Origin: Pseudomonadota bacterium
GTDB lineage: Bacteria; Pseudomonadota; Gammaproteobacteria; Pseudomonadales; JAUIET01
Assembly: GCA_039111475.1 (NCBI GenBank)
Contig: JBCCIP010000020.1
Coordinates: 6,593 to 70,592, forward strand
Direction: 5' to 3'
Length of the DNA: 64,000 nucleotides
Shown here in pieces: positions 39,801 through 54,800 of this stretch. The notes below the pieces were generated by a model. It saw only the letters and a list, made by a program, of their open reading frames with translations, did no database searches and was not told the DNA's origin. Position 1 is the stretch's first letter, and each line of letters begins with the position of its first letter. The translations under genes were made by a program, and so were the position numbers.

Positions 39801-42800
39801 TCGGCGTTGCTGCCACCGCTCATGGTGTCATCGCCGGCACCACCCCAAAAATAGTTGTTCGCGCCGTCACCGAAAATAGTGTCATTCCCGGCAGTGCCAC
39901 GAATGCGCTCCACATTGCGCACGGTATCATCCTGGTCACCGTCTACGGTTACCGTTGCATCAGTACCACCATTTAGCGTCACGTTGATGAAATTTGCGCT
40001 GCTTTGGCTGGAGTAATCCAGCGTATCCGTGGCGCTGCCGCCGTCAATTGTGTCGGCGCCGTCACTGGCTATCAGCTGGTCCCAGCCATCCCCACCAAGG
40101 TAGGTATCGTCTCCAATACCGCCATCCAAGGTGTCGCCGGTGTCACCGCCATCGAGTATGTCATTACCAGCACCGCCAATCAGAGTGTCTGCTTCGCTGC
40201 CACCGCGCAGCGTGTCGTTGCCAGCACCACCATCGAGTATGTCGGTTCCTACCCGGCCTTCTATGACGTTATCCTGCGTATCACCAGTGATATTGTCGGC
40301 TCCGGCGGAGCCGATTACATCGCGGAAATTAGCGGCCAAATCAGTGTCGCTGCCCACGGTTACTGAGAAAAACCCACCGCTGAGCACATTCATGTCGGTG
40401 GTGATGCCCAAGCCGGAATCGGTGTAACTCAGGGTGTTGGTGCCTGTGCCGCCGTCTAAGGTGTCGTTACTGCCCCCACCGCGAATCACATCGTCTCCAC
40501 CTTGGCCGTCGATGTTGTTTGCCTGGCTGTCACCGCTGATGGTGTCATTGCCGGCGGTACCGATCACGTTTTCAATCGCTCGTATGGTGTCGTTGTCGGC
40601 GCCGTCAATGATGACCGTGGCATCGCTACCACCATTTAGCTGCACATCAATAAAGTTAATGCCTACTTCCTGCGAGTAGTCAACGGTATCGATGTCGTCA
40701 CCACCGTCGAGCACATCAGCGCCGGCACCACCCACCAAGGTGTCGTTACCGTCGTCGCCTTCCAGAACGTTCACCAGACTGTCGCCGCGAATGATATCGG
40801 CACCTGCGGTTCCAATTACGTTTTCAATTTCGCGTATGGTGTCGTTGGCACCACCGTCGACTGTCACGGTGACATCACTGCCGCCATTCAAAGTAAGGTC
40901 TATGAAGTTGATGCCTACTTCACCGGAGTAGTCTACAGTGTCGTTGTCGGCACCACCAATCAGTAAATCGGCGCCGGATCGACCGGACAGGAGATCATCG
41001 CCCGCTCCACCCTGGAACTCGTTATCTGACCCGTCACCAATCAGAGTATCGTCACCATCGGTGCCGATCACGTTTTCAATATTCAGTGCCAGGTCATTAT
41101 CGCCACCGGCTACGATGACTGCCGAGCTGCCAGATCCGTTCAGCTGAACTGCGACAGATGCAATGCCTGCCTGCAAGGAGTAGTCAATAGTATCGGTGTC
41201 ATTACCACCGTCAAAGGTGTTCTGCCCGGCGCTACCGAAAAAGAGATCGTTGCCCGCATTACCTTCCAGAAAATCGTTTCCGGCGCCACCACTAATGATG
41301 TCATCGCCACCCTGACCCTGGATGGTATTGCTCTCGCCATCGCCGGTAATCGTGTCTACACCAGAGGTGCCGATCACGTTTTCGATGTTGCGGATTGTAT
41401 CGTCATCGCCGCCATTGACAGTCACAGTGGCTGCGTTCGCTCCGTCCAATGTCACATTGATAAAGTTCACACCACCCAACGTGGAGTAGTCGATGGTGTC
41501 AGAATCTGTGCCGCCGTCGAAGTCGTCGCTGCCAGCGCTGGCCTGGAAGCTATCGTCACCGCCCAGGCTAAATACTACGTCTATCCCTGTTGAACCAATA
41601 ATCGTATCACCCTGATTGGTCAGATAAAACTCTTCAAAATTGATGAAATTATCGGTGCTGCTGTCTGCACTGTAGAAGGCCGTGTTGTTGGTTAGATTCA
41701 GGTCTATGCCGACCCCGGTCAGATCATCAAAACGCAACTGATCTCCGGTGTTATGGCCGCCACCATCCAGCGTATCGCTGCCGCCACCGCCCCAGATAAC
41801 ATCATCACCATCACCGCCGCTAAGGGTATTATCATTACCGTCACCGCGTAAAGTATCGTCACCCGCGGTTGCGATAATGTTTTCCACGCTACGCAGCGTA
41901 TCCGTGCCATTGCCGCCTGAAACAACGACAGTAGCGTCAACGCCGCCGCGTAAAGTGACATCAATACTTGGCGAGCCAGCCATGCCTGAGTAATCGGCGG
42001 TGTCGGAACCAAAGCCGCCTTCTATAATGTCATCATTGGTGCTGCCGCGGAAAAAATCGTCATCGTCACCGCCTTGCAGCAAGTTAACATTGCCGTCGCC
42101 GCTAATGTCATCGGAAAAATCGGAACCAATGATATTTTCAATACTGGTCAGAGTGTCGACGCTACCATCACCGTCATTGCTTGCTTGATTGGCAGCCAGA
42201 TCAACCGTAATACCCGCTGCAGCCTGGCTGTAATCAGCGGTGTCAATACCGCCGCCGCCATCCAGGGTATCCGCACCGGCCAAACCGGACAGCGTGTCAT
42301 TCAGTAAACCGCCACTCAGTACGTTGGCCGCGGTACTGCCGACAATAATGTCGCTCTGAACACTGCCTATAACGTTTTCAATATTGTTCAGAGTGTCAGA
42401 TGCGCCGTCACCATCGTTGGCCGCAACATTGTTCTGCAAATCGACATTAATGCCACTCGCCGCTCCGGAGTAATCGACCGTATCGACATTATTGCCGCCA
42501 TCAATCGTATCAGCGCCACCACGGCCGCGAAGGATGTCATTGCCATCGTCACCAAACAGCGTATTCGCTGCACCATCGCCAGAAAGATCATCCACTCCAC
42601 TGGAGCCACTGATGTTTTCAATGCTGACAAAAGTGTCGCTGCCGCCATCACCGTCATCGCTTGCGCTGTTGGCCCCTATGTCGGCGGTAACACCTGCAGC
42701 AGCCAGTGAGTAATCAGCGGTATCGGTTCCGGTACCACCGTCCAGCGTATCGTCTCCGCCGCGACCGCGCAGCACGTCGTCGCGATTACGACCCTCCAGC

Positions 42801-45800
42801 ACATTATCATCACCATCGCCAGTCAAAGTATCGTCAAAGATAGACCCGATTACATTTTGAATCTGGCTTAGCGTATCCGTACCACCATCACCGTCATTGC
42901 TGGTGAGGTTATTGGTCAGGTCAACCGTTACACCCGAGCCCGCGGTAATGTAATCGGCGGTGTTGTTACCTGCACCACCGATAATCGTGTCATCACCAGC
43001 GCCGCCGCGCAACACATCGTCACCTGCGGCCCCGTCCAGCTGGTTGTCCCCAACACTGCCAACAATAAAATCGTCATTGTCCGAACCGATCACATTTTCT
43101 ATGGAGCTCAGAGTATCGGTATCACCAAAGCCGTCGTCATTGGCAATATTGTTTTGCAGGTCAACATCGACCGCATTGTCGGAATTGGCATAACTGACGG
43201 TATCGTTACCGATACCCCCGATGATCTCGTCATCGCCTTCCATGCCACGAATCGTGTCATTACCGCCACCACCATCAAGCCGATTGTCAAATTCGTCGCC
43301 GATCAGAGTATCGTCACTGCCAGACCCTATGAGGCCTTCGATACTGATTAGCGTATCCACGCCGCCTGAGCCGTCATCACCAACAACGCCGCTTGAAAGA
43401 TCAATGGTGACCGCGCTGCCAGCCGCCGAATAATCGGCAGTGTCAAAATCAGCGCCACCGTCCAGTGTGTCCGAGCCACCATTACCGATCAATATGTCGT
43501 CGCCAGCGCGGCCTTCCAACACGTTGCCGTTGTTGTCTCCTTCGATACGGTCATTATTTGCAGAACCCCAAATGTTCTCTATGTTCTGCAAAACATCGGA
43601 GTCGCCGTCGCCATCATTGGCTGCGGCATTCAGACTCAGATTGACCACAATAGCATTCGCCGCACCCGTGTAATCAGCAACGTCTCCAGTACCGGTACCG
43701 CCGTCCAGGGTGTCGCTGCCACCTCTGCCGCGAAGTACGTCATTCGAATCACCACCAAGCAGGGTATTGGCGTTAGCATCCCCGCCCAGATCATCCGCAA
43801 ACGCCGAGCCCGTCAGGTGTTCTATGCTGACAAGAGTATCAACGCCACCGTCGCCGTCATCACTGGCACTGTTGCTGTTCAAGTCGGCAGTGACCCCTGC
43901 GCCTGCCTGCGAGTAGTCTGCGATGTCCTGGCCGATCCCACCATCCAGGGTGTCATTGCCACCGCGGCCACGCAGCGTGTCCGCCGCATTGCCACCTTCA
44001 ATGATATTGTCGTTGCCGTCGCCGGTTAAAGTGTCCGCAAAATCCGAACCGGTAAGGTTTTCAATTTCAAATAACTGATCCGAGCCGCCATCACCATCTA
44101 CGGAAGCTTGGTTGGAGGAAAGATCGACCACCACGGTGCTGGATGCGTTTGAGTAGTCCGCTGTGTCTATGCCGTTCCCACCGGTTAAAATATCGTTGCC
44201 CGCGCGGCCACTCAGTACATCAACGCCATCATCGCCACTAATGGCATTATCATTTCCATCGCCTTCGATCCGATCATCACCCTGCGACCCTGTGATATTT
44301 TCTACGCCGCTAATTGTTTGATTGTCAGTACCGTTAATACTAACTGTTGTGCTGGTCGAGCCGTTCAGAGTGACGTTAATGAAATTGCCCGCAGCAAACC
44401 CACTGTAGTCAATGCTGTCATCAGTACCCAGGCCACCTTGCACATCATCAGCGCCTAACGTAGCGATAAAAGAGTCATCGCCTTGGCCGCCCTGTAAAAC
44501 GTTCACTGCACCATCACCCTGGATGGTGTCATCATTGGCTGAGCCCAGAACGTTCTCGAACCCCAATAAAGTGTCAACACCGCCGTCACCGTCGTTGCTG
44601 GCAGTGTTTCCCGCCAGGTTGACATTGACTCCGGATACCGCGCCACTGTAATCAACGGTGTCAATGTCGGTTCCACCGTCCAAGGTGTCATTGCCTCCGC
44701 GACCCGCCAACAGATCATCGCCTGCCAGACCACGCAGCACGTTATCCAGTGCGTCACCTGTTAAGGTGTCGTTTCCAGACGTACCGGTTACATTCTCTAT
44801 GTTGCGCAAGGTGTCATTGCCATCACCATTGACGACAGCTGTTGAATTGGCCGCCCCGGCCAAGGTCACATTCACAAAATTCGCCGTCGTCAGGCTTGAG
44901 TAATCGATACTATCAGTACCTACTCCACCATCGATTGTGTCGGTATTGGAACTTGCAATAAACTGATCATCGCCGTCCTGACCCTGTAGAATATTGACGG
45001 CGTTGTCGCCACCGATGACATCGTTGCCATCCGTGCCAATAACGTTTTCGATATTGCGCGCAATGTCATCGTCACCGCCAGTCACCGTAACTGTTACGTC
45101 GTTACCGTCATCGAGATCAACGCTGATGCCGGTCACACCACTAAGCGATGAATAATCCAGCGTGTCGGTGTTGGTGCCACCATCCAGAACATCGGAGCCC
45201 GCACTAGCGGTCAATATGTCATTGCCTGCATTGCCCAACAGCTCATTGTCACTGCCGTCGCCGGCCAAAGTATCGTTAAACGCCGAGCCATGAACATTTT
45301 CAACGCCAAACAGCTGATCCGATGAGCCATCACCATCGCTGGTAGCCTGGTTACTGGCCAAGCTGACATTTACGTTGCTTGCCGCCGCTGAGTAATCAGC
45401 AGTGTCAACGCCGGCACCCCCGGTCAGGATATCGGCGCCTGCGCGACCACTGAGTACGTCATCGCCCGCGTCACCGCTCAGTTCATTGTCATTGCCGTCA
45501 CCTACAATGCGATCATCACCTTGCGAGCCCGTAACGTCTTCGATACCTCGAATAGTCTGGTTATCGGCATTGTTAACGTTAACCGTTGCATCGAGGTTGC
45601 CAGCCAGCGTTACATCAATGGCATTGCCAGCGGCAAACGCCGAGAAGTTAACTTCATCACTGGTCCCTAAACCGCCATCAACAATATCCGCTCCTAACGT
45701 CGCAATAAATTGGTCATCACCTTCTTGCCCGCGCAGAACATTGGTGTTGGCATCCCCTTCTATGACATCGTCATTGCTGGAACCGATGACGTTTTCAATT

Positions 45801-48800
45801 TCCTGGAGGGTATCGACGCCACCGTCACCATCATTCGCCGCCGCATTCGCAGCAAGGCTGACGTCCACGCCGGTGGTTGCTGCGCTGTAGTTTACGGAGT
45901 CAATTCCAACACCGCCGTCCAGCAAATCATTGCCACCGCGGCCGGATAACTCATCGTTACCTGCTGCTCCGCGCAGCTCATTGTCCAGACCGTCACCGAC
46001 CAGCGTGTCATCTCCGCTGGTGCCGGTCACATTTTCAATGTTGCGAATCGTGTCGTTGTCACCACCGTTGACGACAACGATGGCATCGGACGTTGTATCC
46101 AGTGTGACGCTGATGAAGTTAGCACTAAGCAAGCCAGAGTAATCCGCCGTGTCTGAGCCCAGACCACCGTCCAGTGTGTCAGTACCGGCACTGGCCAGGA
46201 ACGTGTCGTCTCCAGAACGGCCTTCCAGCAAGTTTATTGAGGCGTCGCCTCCGATGGTATCGTCACCGTCAGTACCTATTACATTTTCAATATTGCGTAC
46301 CTGGTCGTTGTCACCACCTGTCACTGTGACAGTAACTGTGTTGGTGCCGTCCAGATCGACATTGATAGAGGTTGCGCCTGCCAGGCTGGAGTAGTCCAGA
46401 GTATCGTTGTTGGCGCCACCATCCATGATGTCGGTGCCGGCACTGGCGCTGATCAGATCGTCGCCTGCGTTTCCTTCTAGCAGGTTGGCGCTGCTGTTAC
46501 CGCTGATGGTGTCATCAAAGTTGGAGCCGCGAATATTCTCGATATCGAACAACTGGTCCGAAGCACCATCGCCGTCGGCGCTGGCCTGGTTGCTGGCCAG
46601 GCTGACGGTGACGTTACCTGCCGCGCCGCTGTAGTCGGCCGTATCGGAACCCGACCCACCTCTCAGTATATCGTTGCCAGCGCGCCCAGCCAGGGTATCA
46701 TCGCCGGCAGAGCCGCCAAGCTCATTATCGTTACCGTCACCAAAGATGACATCATCGCCTTGCGACCCGGTCACATTTTCGATGCCGCGCAGCGTCTGGT
46801 TGTCGGCATTGTTGACGCTCACGGTCGCGTCGCTGCTGCCAGCCAGCGTGACATTGATCGCATTGGTCGCGGCGAGTGCCGAATAGTCTACGCCGTCGCC
46901 GTTGCCCACACCACCATCAATCAAATCCGCACCCAGAGTGCCGCCAAAGTTGTCGTCGCCATCGCGGCCTTCCAGTACGTTGGCACCTATATCGCCTTCA
47001 ATGGCATCGTCATTTGCCGAGCCAATAACGTTCTCAATATCTTGCAGGGTGTCAACGCCGCCGTCACCATCATCGCTCGCGATGTTGGATGCCAGGCTGA
47101 CATCAACCGCTGTGGTCGCCGCGGAGTAATCCACGGTGTCGTTGTCCGCACCACCGTCCAGCAAATCGTTGCCGCCGCGTCCAGACAATACATCGTCTCC
47201 GGCCGCGCCGCGCAGCTCATTGTCCAGGCCGTCGCCGACCAAGGTGTCATTACCGGTGGTGCCAGTGATGTTCTCTATGTTGCGAATGGTATCGTTACCA
47301 CCACCATTGACGACGACAATGGCGTCTGATGTGCTGTTCAGCGTCACATTGATGAAATTGGCGCTCACCAGTCCAGAATAATCAGCCGTATCCTCACCTA
47401 AACCGCCATCCAGCGTATCGGTGTTGTCACTGGCCAGGAAAGTATCATCCCCGGCACGGCCTTCTAACAGGTTGATCGATGAGTCACCGCCAATGGTATC
47501 GTCACCGGTGGTGCCGATAATATTCTCTATGTTCCGTACGCTGTCATCGTCATCACCAGTAATGCTGACAGTAACGGTATTTGCGCCATCCAGATCAATG
47601 TTGATCGCGGTTGCACCAACCAGACTGGAATAGTCCAACGTATCGGCGTTGCCGCCACCATCAATAACATCCGCACCACTGCTCGCAGTAAATGCGTCTT
47701 CGCCGCCGCGGCCTTCCAACAGGTTATCACTGCCATCGCCAGTGATGATGTCATCAAAGTTGGAGCCGCGAATATTCTCAATTTCAAACAGCTGATCAGA
47801 CGAACCGTCGCCGTCGGCACTGGCTTGATTGCTGGCCAGGTTGACTGTAATGGCACCCGCCGACAGCGAGTAGTCCGCGGTGTCGGTACCCGCACCACCC
47901 GTGATAATATCGTTTCCGGCGCGACCACTTAGGGTGTCGTCGCCCGCGTCACCGCTGATTTGGTTGTTGTTGCTGTCGCCGACAATCGTGTCGTCGCCTT
48001 GCGAACCGGTTACGTGTTCGATACCGCGCAGCGTCTGGTTGTCGGCATTGGCGACGTTGGCGATCGCATCAATGCCGCCGTTCAAGGTGACGTCTACAGA
48101 ATTGCTGGCTGCGAAGCCCGAGAAGTCCACCCTATCGCCTGACCCCGTGCCACCATCAACAATGTCTGCACCTAACGAGGCGTTAAACACATCATCGCCA
48201 TCGCGCCCTTCCAGCACGTTAGCATTGACATCACCTTGAATGATGTCGTCGTTAGCGGAGCCAACCACATTCTCTATTTCCTGCAGCGTGTCAGCACCAC
48301 CTTCACCGTCGTCGGTCGCAATGTTGCCCTGCAGATTGACATCAACGCCCGTCGCGGCGCTGCTGTAGTCGACCGTGTCAGTGTCCGTGCCACCAATCAA
48401 AGTGTCGTTGCCGCCGCGCCCGGACAGCACGTCATCCCCGGCGCCACCGCTTAAGGTATTGTCCAGTGCGTCTCCGATCAGGGTGTCATCCCCATCGGTA
48501 CCGATGACATTCTCAATACTGCGAATCGTATCGTTTCCATCGCCATTCACAACAACTACAGCGTCGGTCGTGCCATTCAGGGTGACATCAATAAAGTTGG
48601 CCGTGACCAGTCCGGAGTAGTCAACCGTATCATCACCCAGGCCGCCGTCCAATACATCGGTGTTAGAGCTGGCGAGAAAGGTATCGTTGCCCGCATTACC
48701 TTCCAGTACATTCAGTGATCCATCGCCACCAATAGTGTCATCACCAATGGTGCCTATAATATTTTCAATATTTCGGACCTGATTATTTGACCCGCCAGTA

Positions 48801-51800
48801 ATCTGCACTAGCACGGTATTAGCACCGTCCAAGTCCACATTAATTGCCGTTGCCGAGGCCAGCCCCGAATAGTCCAGCGTATCGGTGTTGGCGCCGCCGT
48901 CCACTATATCGGCTCCGCCGCTGGCGTTGAACAGATCGTTACCAATCCCGCCTTCCAGGAGGTTGTCGCTGGTGTTGCCGGTGATGGTGTCACTGAAGTT
49001 GGAGCCACGAATGTTCTCTATCTCGAACAACTGGTCTTGACCGCCATCGCCATCGACAGCAGCCTGACTGGCGCCCAGGTTTACAGTGACACTACTGGCA
49101 GCAGTGGAATAATCCGCAGTGTCTATGCCAGCTCCGCCGGTCAGAATGTCGTTGCCTGAACGCCCACTCAGGAAGTCATCACCCGCATCACCGCTGAGAT
49201 TATTGTTGCGGTTATCACCTTCAATACGATCATTGCCCTGCGAGCCAGTCACGTGTTCAACATTGCGGACTGTTTGATCATCCGCGCCGGTGATAAACAC
49301 TGTTGCATCACTGCTACTGTTCAGCGTGACATCAATCGAGTTGGCCGCTCCATTATTGCTGTAATCAATCGCATCGTTATCGCCCAGGCCGCCATCAACC
49401 GTATCGGCGCCCAGGCTACCCAGAAAGAGGTCTTCGCCCAGCCCACCTTCCAGCAGGTTAGCATTGCCATCGCCTTCGATAACGTCGTCGTTATCCGAAC
49501 CGATTACGTTCTCAATGGTTTGCAGTGTGTCCACACCGCCGTCACCATCATCGACCGCGGTATTATTCAGCAGGCTAACATTTACGTTGCCACTGGCCGC
49601 ACTGTAATCCACTGTATCGGTATCGGCACCGCCGATCAGGGTATCGTTGCCACCCCGACCGGCCAGCACATCATCGCCCGCCAAACCACTGAGACGATTA
49701 TCCTGGCTGTCGCCAATCAAAGTATCGTCACCCGTGGTGCCCGTGACATTTTCAATGCTGCGTAAGGTGTCGTTACCGTCGCCGTTAATCACAACAATGG
49801 CATCAGCGGCGTCATTCAGCGTTACGTTGACAAAGTTCGCTGTCGCCAGTGTGGAATAGTCAATTTCATCAACCCCAAGTCCACCGTCAATAGTATCAGT
49901 TCCGGAGCTAGCTCCAAATACGTCGTTGCCGCCTAAGCCAAGCAATACGTTAATTGCGCCATCACCACCGATGAAATCATTACCTGAGGTGCCAGTAACG
50001 TTTTCGATATTGCGCGCTGTATCGTTGTCACTGCCGGCAACTGTGACTGTGGCATCATTTCCCCCATCCAATGTCACATCGATGGCCGTCGCAGAGACTA
50101 ATCCTGAGTAATCGAGGGTGTCATTGCCGGCACCACCATCCATCACATCGGCGCCTTCGCTGCCAAGTAAGGTGTCTGCACCACCTTCGCCCAAAAGCGT
50201 ATCGTTGCCGCCGGCACCATTTAGGATGTCATCTCCGCCGCGGCCACTGAGCTGGTTGGCCTGCGCATCACCCGTCAGAGTGTCATTACCTGCGGTACCA
50301 ACGACATTCTCGATATTAATCAGAACGTCGTTATCGCCGCCGTTTACCACGGCCACGGCACCGCTAGCGCCATTCAAAGCGACGTTAATAAAATTAACCC
50401 CGATCAAACCGCTATAATCAGCCGTATCAATATCGGCACCACCATCCAATGTGTCGTTACCGGAGCTGGCAAAAAAAGTATCATCGCCGGCCGATCCGGT
50501 CAGCGCGTTATCGCCGCCGTCGCCGGTCATGCGATCGTCTCCCACCGTTCCGATCACGTTCTCAAAATTACGTATGGTGTCGTTGTCGCCTCCGTCGACC
50601 ACCACGGTTGCGTCACTGCTACCGTTTAGAACAACGTCTATGAAGTTCACACCACCCAGACCGGAGTAGTCGATGGTATCGCTGTCTGCACCTCCGTCCA
50701 AATTATCGGCGCCAAGCGAAGCATTGACGATGTCGTTGCCCCCCAAAGTGGATACTACATCCGCACCGGTCGAACCGCTGACTGCATCGGCCTGTTCAGT
50801 CGTAAAAAACTCCTCGAACTCGGAAAAGGTATCTACCGAGCCGTCGAATCCGTACGTGGCCTGGCTGTTTTGCAGATCTAAAGTAACACCCGCATCAGTC
50901 AGGTCGTCAAATCGTAACTGGTCAGCACCTGTCTCATTGCCGCCAAACAGTTGGTCTGAGCCTGCGCCACCGTAAATGACGTCGTCGCCATCTTCACCAC
51001 GAATCACGTTGGCACCCGTGTCACCACGAATATTGTCAGACTGGGAAGAGCCGGTGATATTCTCTATCCCGCGCAGTGTATCGGTTCCGCCGTCACCGTC
51101 ATTGCTGGCCTGTTCACTGGACAGATCCAGGGAGATGCCAGAAGAAGCCGATGAGTAGTCAGCGGTATCCAAACCAGTGCCACCGTCCAGCAAATCGTTG
51201 CCGATGTTGCCGCGCAGGGTGTCGTCACCCAAGCCGCCTAACAGATCGTCGCTCCCGTCGCCGCCTTCCAATACATCATTGCCGCTGAGGCCGCGCAGCT
51301 CATTATCCGCGTCGTCGCCGACCAAGGTGTCGTTACCACTGGTGCCAACCACATTTTCTATGTTGCGCAGAGTGTCGTCGTCTCCGCCAGTCACCGTCAC
51401 GACGGCCGCATTACCCAGGTCCAGGGTTACGGAAATAGACGTTACGCCTGTCAGGGTCGAGTAGTCAGCTGTATCCAGACCGACGCCACCATCAAATTCG
51501 TCATTGCCAGCGCTGGTATTGAACACATCGTCACCGCTCAGCGCAAACACCAGGTCATTGGCTGACGATGAGTTAATCAGGTCGTCTTGATTCGTCGTGA
51601 AGTAGCGCTCAAACTCGGAGAATGCGTCTGTGCTGTTGTCACCGGTATAACTTGCCGTGCCGCTTGTACCATTCAGATTCAGGGTGATGCCAACGCCACT
51701 CAGGTTGTCAAAACGCAAGTCATCGGTACCACCACCGCCAATTAGAGTGTCGCTGCCACCCCCACCGCTGATAACGTCGTTGCCAGCTCCGCCAATTAGT

Positions 51801-54800
51801 GTATTGCTGACCGCGTCACCGATAATACTGTCAGCGCCAGCAGTACCGGTAATATTCTCAACATTTCGAACAGTGTCATTGTCGCTACCCGCAACGCTGA
51901 CTACAACGTCATTTTCGCCGTTGAGGGTTACGCTGACAGAAGTCGCCCCAGCCAGCGTGGAGTAATCGATGGTGTCCAGACCGTCACCACCGTCCAGCGT
52001 ATCCACACCCTGACTGGCAATAAAACTGTCATTGCCACCCAAGGCAAAAACGCTGTCGGCCACCGCTGAGCCAATCAGGTTGTCGCCCTGGTTTGTCGCG
52101 TAGTAGATTTCGAAACCACTTAAGGTATCAGTGGTGGCGTCACCGGCAAAAAATGCGGTTCCTGCGCCTATATCCAGTGTTATTCCTGCACCGGTTAAAT
52201 CGTCAAATCGAACTTCGTCAAAGCCGGCGCCACCATCAAGGTTATCGGCACCACCGCCACCTCGAATCACATCATCACCACCCAGGCCGCTTAGTGTATT
52301 CCCCTGGGCATCACCTGTGATGTTATCGTTGTTGGCTGTACCTATAACGTTTTCGATATTGTTGAGAACATCTGAACCGCCGTCGCCGTCATTGATAGCG
52401 GCGTTTTGCGCCATGTCGATGAGCACGCCGGTACCCGCACCAGAGTAATCAACGGTATCAACTCCGGTGCCGCCATCGAAGGTATCGTCTCCCAGACCAC
52501 TGATCAGGTTGTCACTACCCGCGCCCCCGCGCAGTGTGTCATCACCACCGGCGCCTTCCAATAAGTCGTCGCCTTCGGCACCTTCCAGAATATTGTTTGC
52601 GTTATCGCCAATGATGACGTCATCGCCGGCCGAACCGATCACATTCTCGACCAGTCGCATCGTATCGTCATCGCCGCCGTCAACAGTCACGGTCGCGTCG
52701 CCGGCACTGTTCATCACGACATTGATGAAATTAATACCGATCAGCGTCGAGTAGTCGACCGTGTCAAGGCCGCCGCCGCCAATAAACAGGTCGCTACCGG
52801 CACTGGCCACAAACAGGTCATCGCCTAGCAAGCCATCTATGGTATCGGCTTGCGCGCTGCTAATAATGACATCTGCCTGGTTGGTACCCGCATAACTTTC
52901 GAAGTTAATGAAGGAATCGATGCTGCTGTCTACAGCGTAAGATGCAGTGCCGTTAATAAGGTCTAAGGTAATACCCAGAGACACCAGATCGTCAAAGCGC
53001 AATTCGTCGTTGCCGCTTCCACCGTCCAGTGCATCAGACCCTGCCCCACCGCGAATCAGGTCATCGCCAGCGCCACCGCTTAGTTGATTGGCGAGGAAGT
53101 CTCCACTTATCGCGTCATCGCCATCGGTACCTATTACGTTCTCAATGTTGCGAACAATATCGTCCTGGTCGCCTGTGACCTGAGCAACCACATCAAAGCT
53201 GCCATTCAAGGTGACATCGATGCTGGTCGCACCAGCGAACTGAGAATAATCTAAAGTATCGATGGCCGCACCGCCATCGTAGGTATTTGCACCGCTGCTG
53301 GCCACCAGCGTATCGAAGCCTTGACCGCCTTCCAGCAAGTCATCACCGGCACCACCAATCAGCGTATCGTCACCGGCAATCCCGCGTAGAATGTTGTCGT
53401 TGCCGTCACCGCGCAAAATATCATTGAATGTCGACCCAGTGACATTCTCTATGCTGTCGAAGGTGTCCAGACCGCCGTCACCGTCGGCAGAGTTGCCAAC
53501 CGACAGGTCAATGTCTACGGAGTTGGCTGCCAGCCCATAATCCGCTGTATCCGACCCCGCACCACCGATCAGCGTATCATTGCCGGCACGGCCTGATAGA
53601 AAGTCGTCACCGTCACCACCGGTTAGAACATTGGCATTTTCATCGCCTGCGATCCGGTCATCAAATGCTGATCCGGTCAGGTCTTCGATGCCTTCGAGTA
53701 TGTCGCTTCCACCATCACCGTCGTTATTCACTACTCCGGTAGACAAATCCAGATCTACGGCGGACGCGGCCTGACTGTAGTCCGCCGAGTCGCGACCTTC
53801 GCCGCCGACCAGAATATCATCGCCGCCTCGACCAGCCAGTACATCATCCCCAGCTCCACCTTCAAAGCGGTTATCGGATTCATCGCCGGTAATGGAATCA
53901 TCACCATCGGTACCAATGATATTTTCCACATTACGCAAAGCGTCGTTGGCACTGCCGTCCACGATAACGCTGGCATCCTGCGCACCTGCCAAGGTCGTAC
54001 TGATGGAGTTAGCGCTTTCCAGAACGGAGTAATCAATAGTGTCGCTATCGTCGCCGCCATCGACTGTATCCGATCCTTCACTGGCAAGGATCAGATCATC
54101 CCCGGCGTCACCGTTGACAGCGTCATCACCGTCACCGCCGTCCAACGTGTCGATACCGCCGCCACCGGAGACCGTGTCGTCACCCCCGGCGCCGAATAGA
54201 ATCTGATCATTGTCGTTGCCGGTGATTGTGTCGCCGAACTCCGAACCGCTAACGTCTTCTATGTTACGCAACCGATCCACCTCGGAACCCATCACCGCGG
54301 TCGTAAAGCCCTGATTATCAGCCACTTCTGATAAATCTATGCTGACAGCCTGGGCCGCTCGGCTGAAATCGATGACATCGCGTTCCCCGTCACCCCCGTC
54401 CAGCTCATCGTTGCCGCGGCCACCTGACAGTCGATCATTGCCGTCTCCGCCGAAAATCGCATTGTCGTCATCAGAACCATGAATGCGGTCGTCGAAGTCG
54501 GTGCCAACGATGTTCTCCACCCCTTGCAGGGTGTCGATATTGGATTCATCAATTGTCACGTTGTCTTCCACCAACGTGAGATCGGCATCGATTGCCTTGG
54601 TTTCCCCTGAGTAATCCGCGGTATCGGTGCCGCTGCCACCTATTAACAAGTCGTTGCCGCCGCGACCCGCCAGTAAATCATTGCCAGCGCCACCATCCAG
54701 CGTGTTATCCGCGTTGTTGCCTATCAGCCTGTCATCGGCCGTACCAGCCCGAATATTCTCTATCTCACGTACCCGATCTACCTGAAACTCAGGGCCATTA

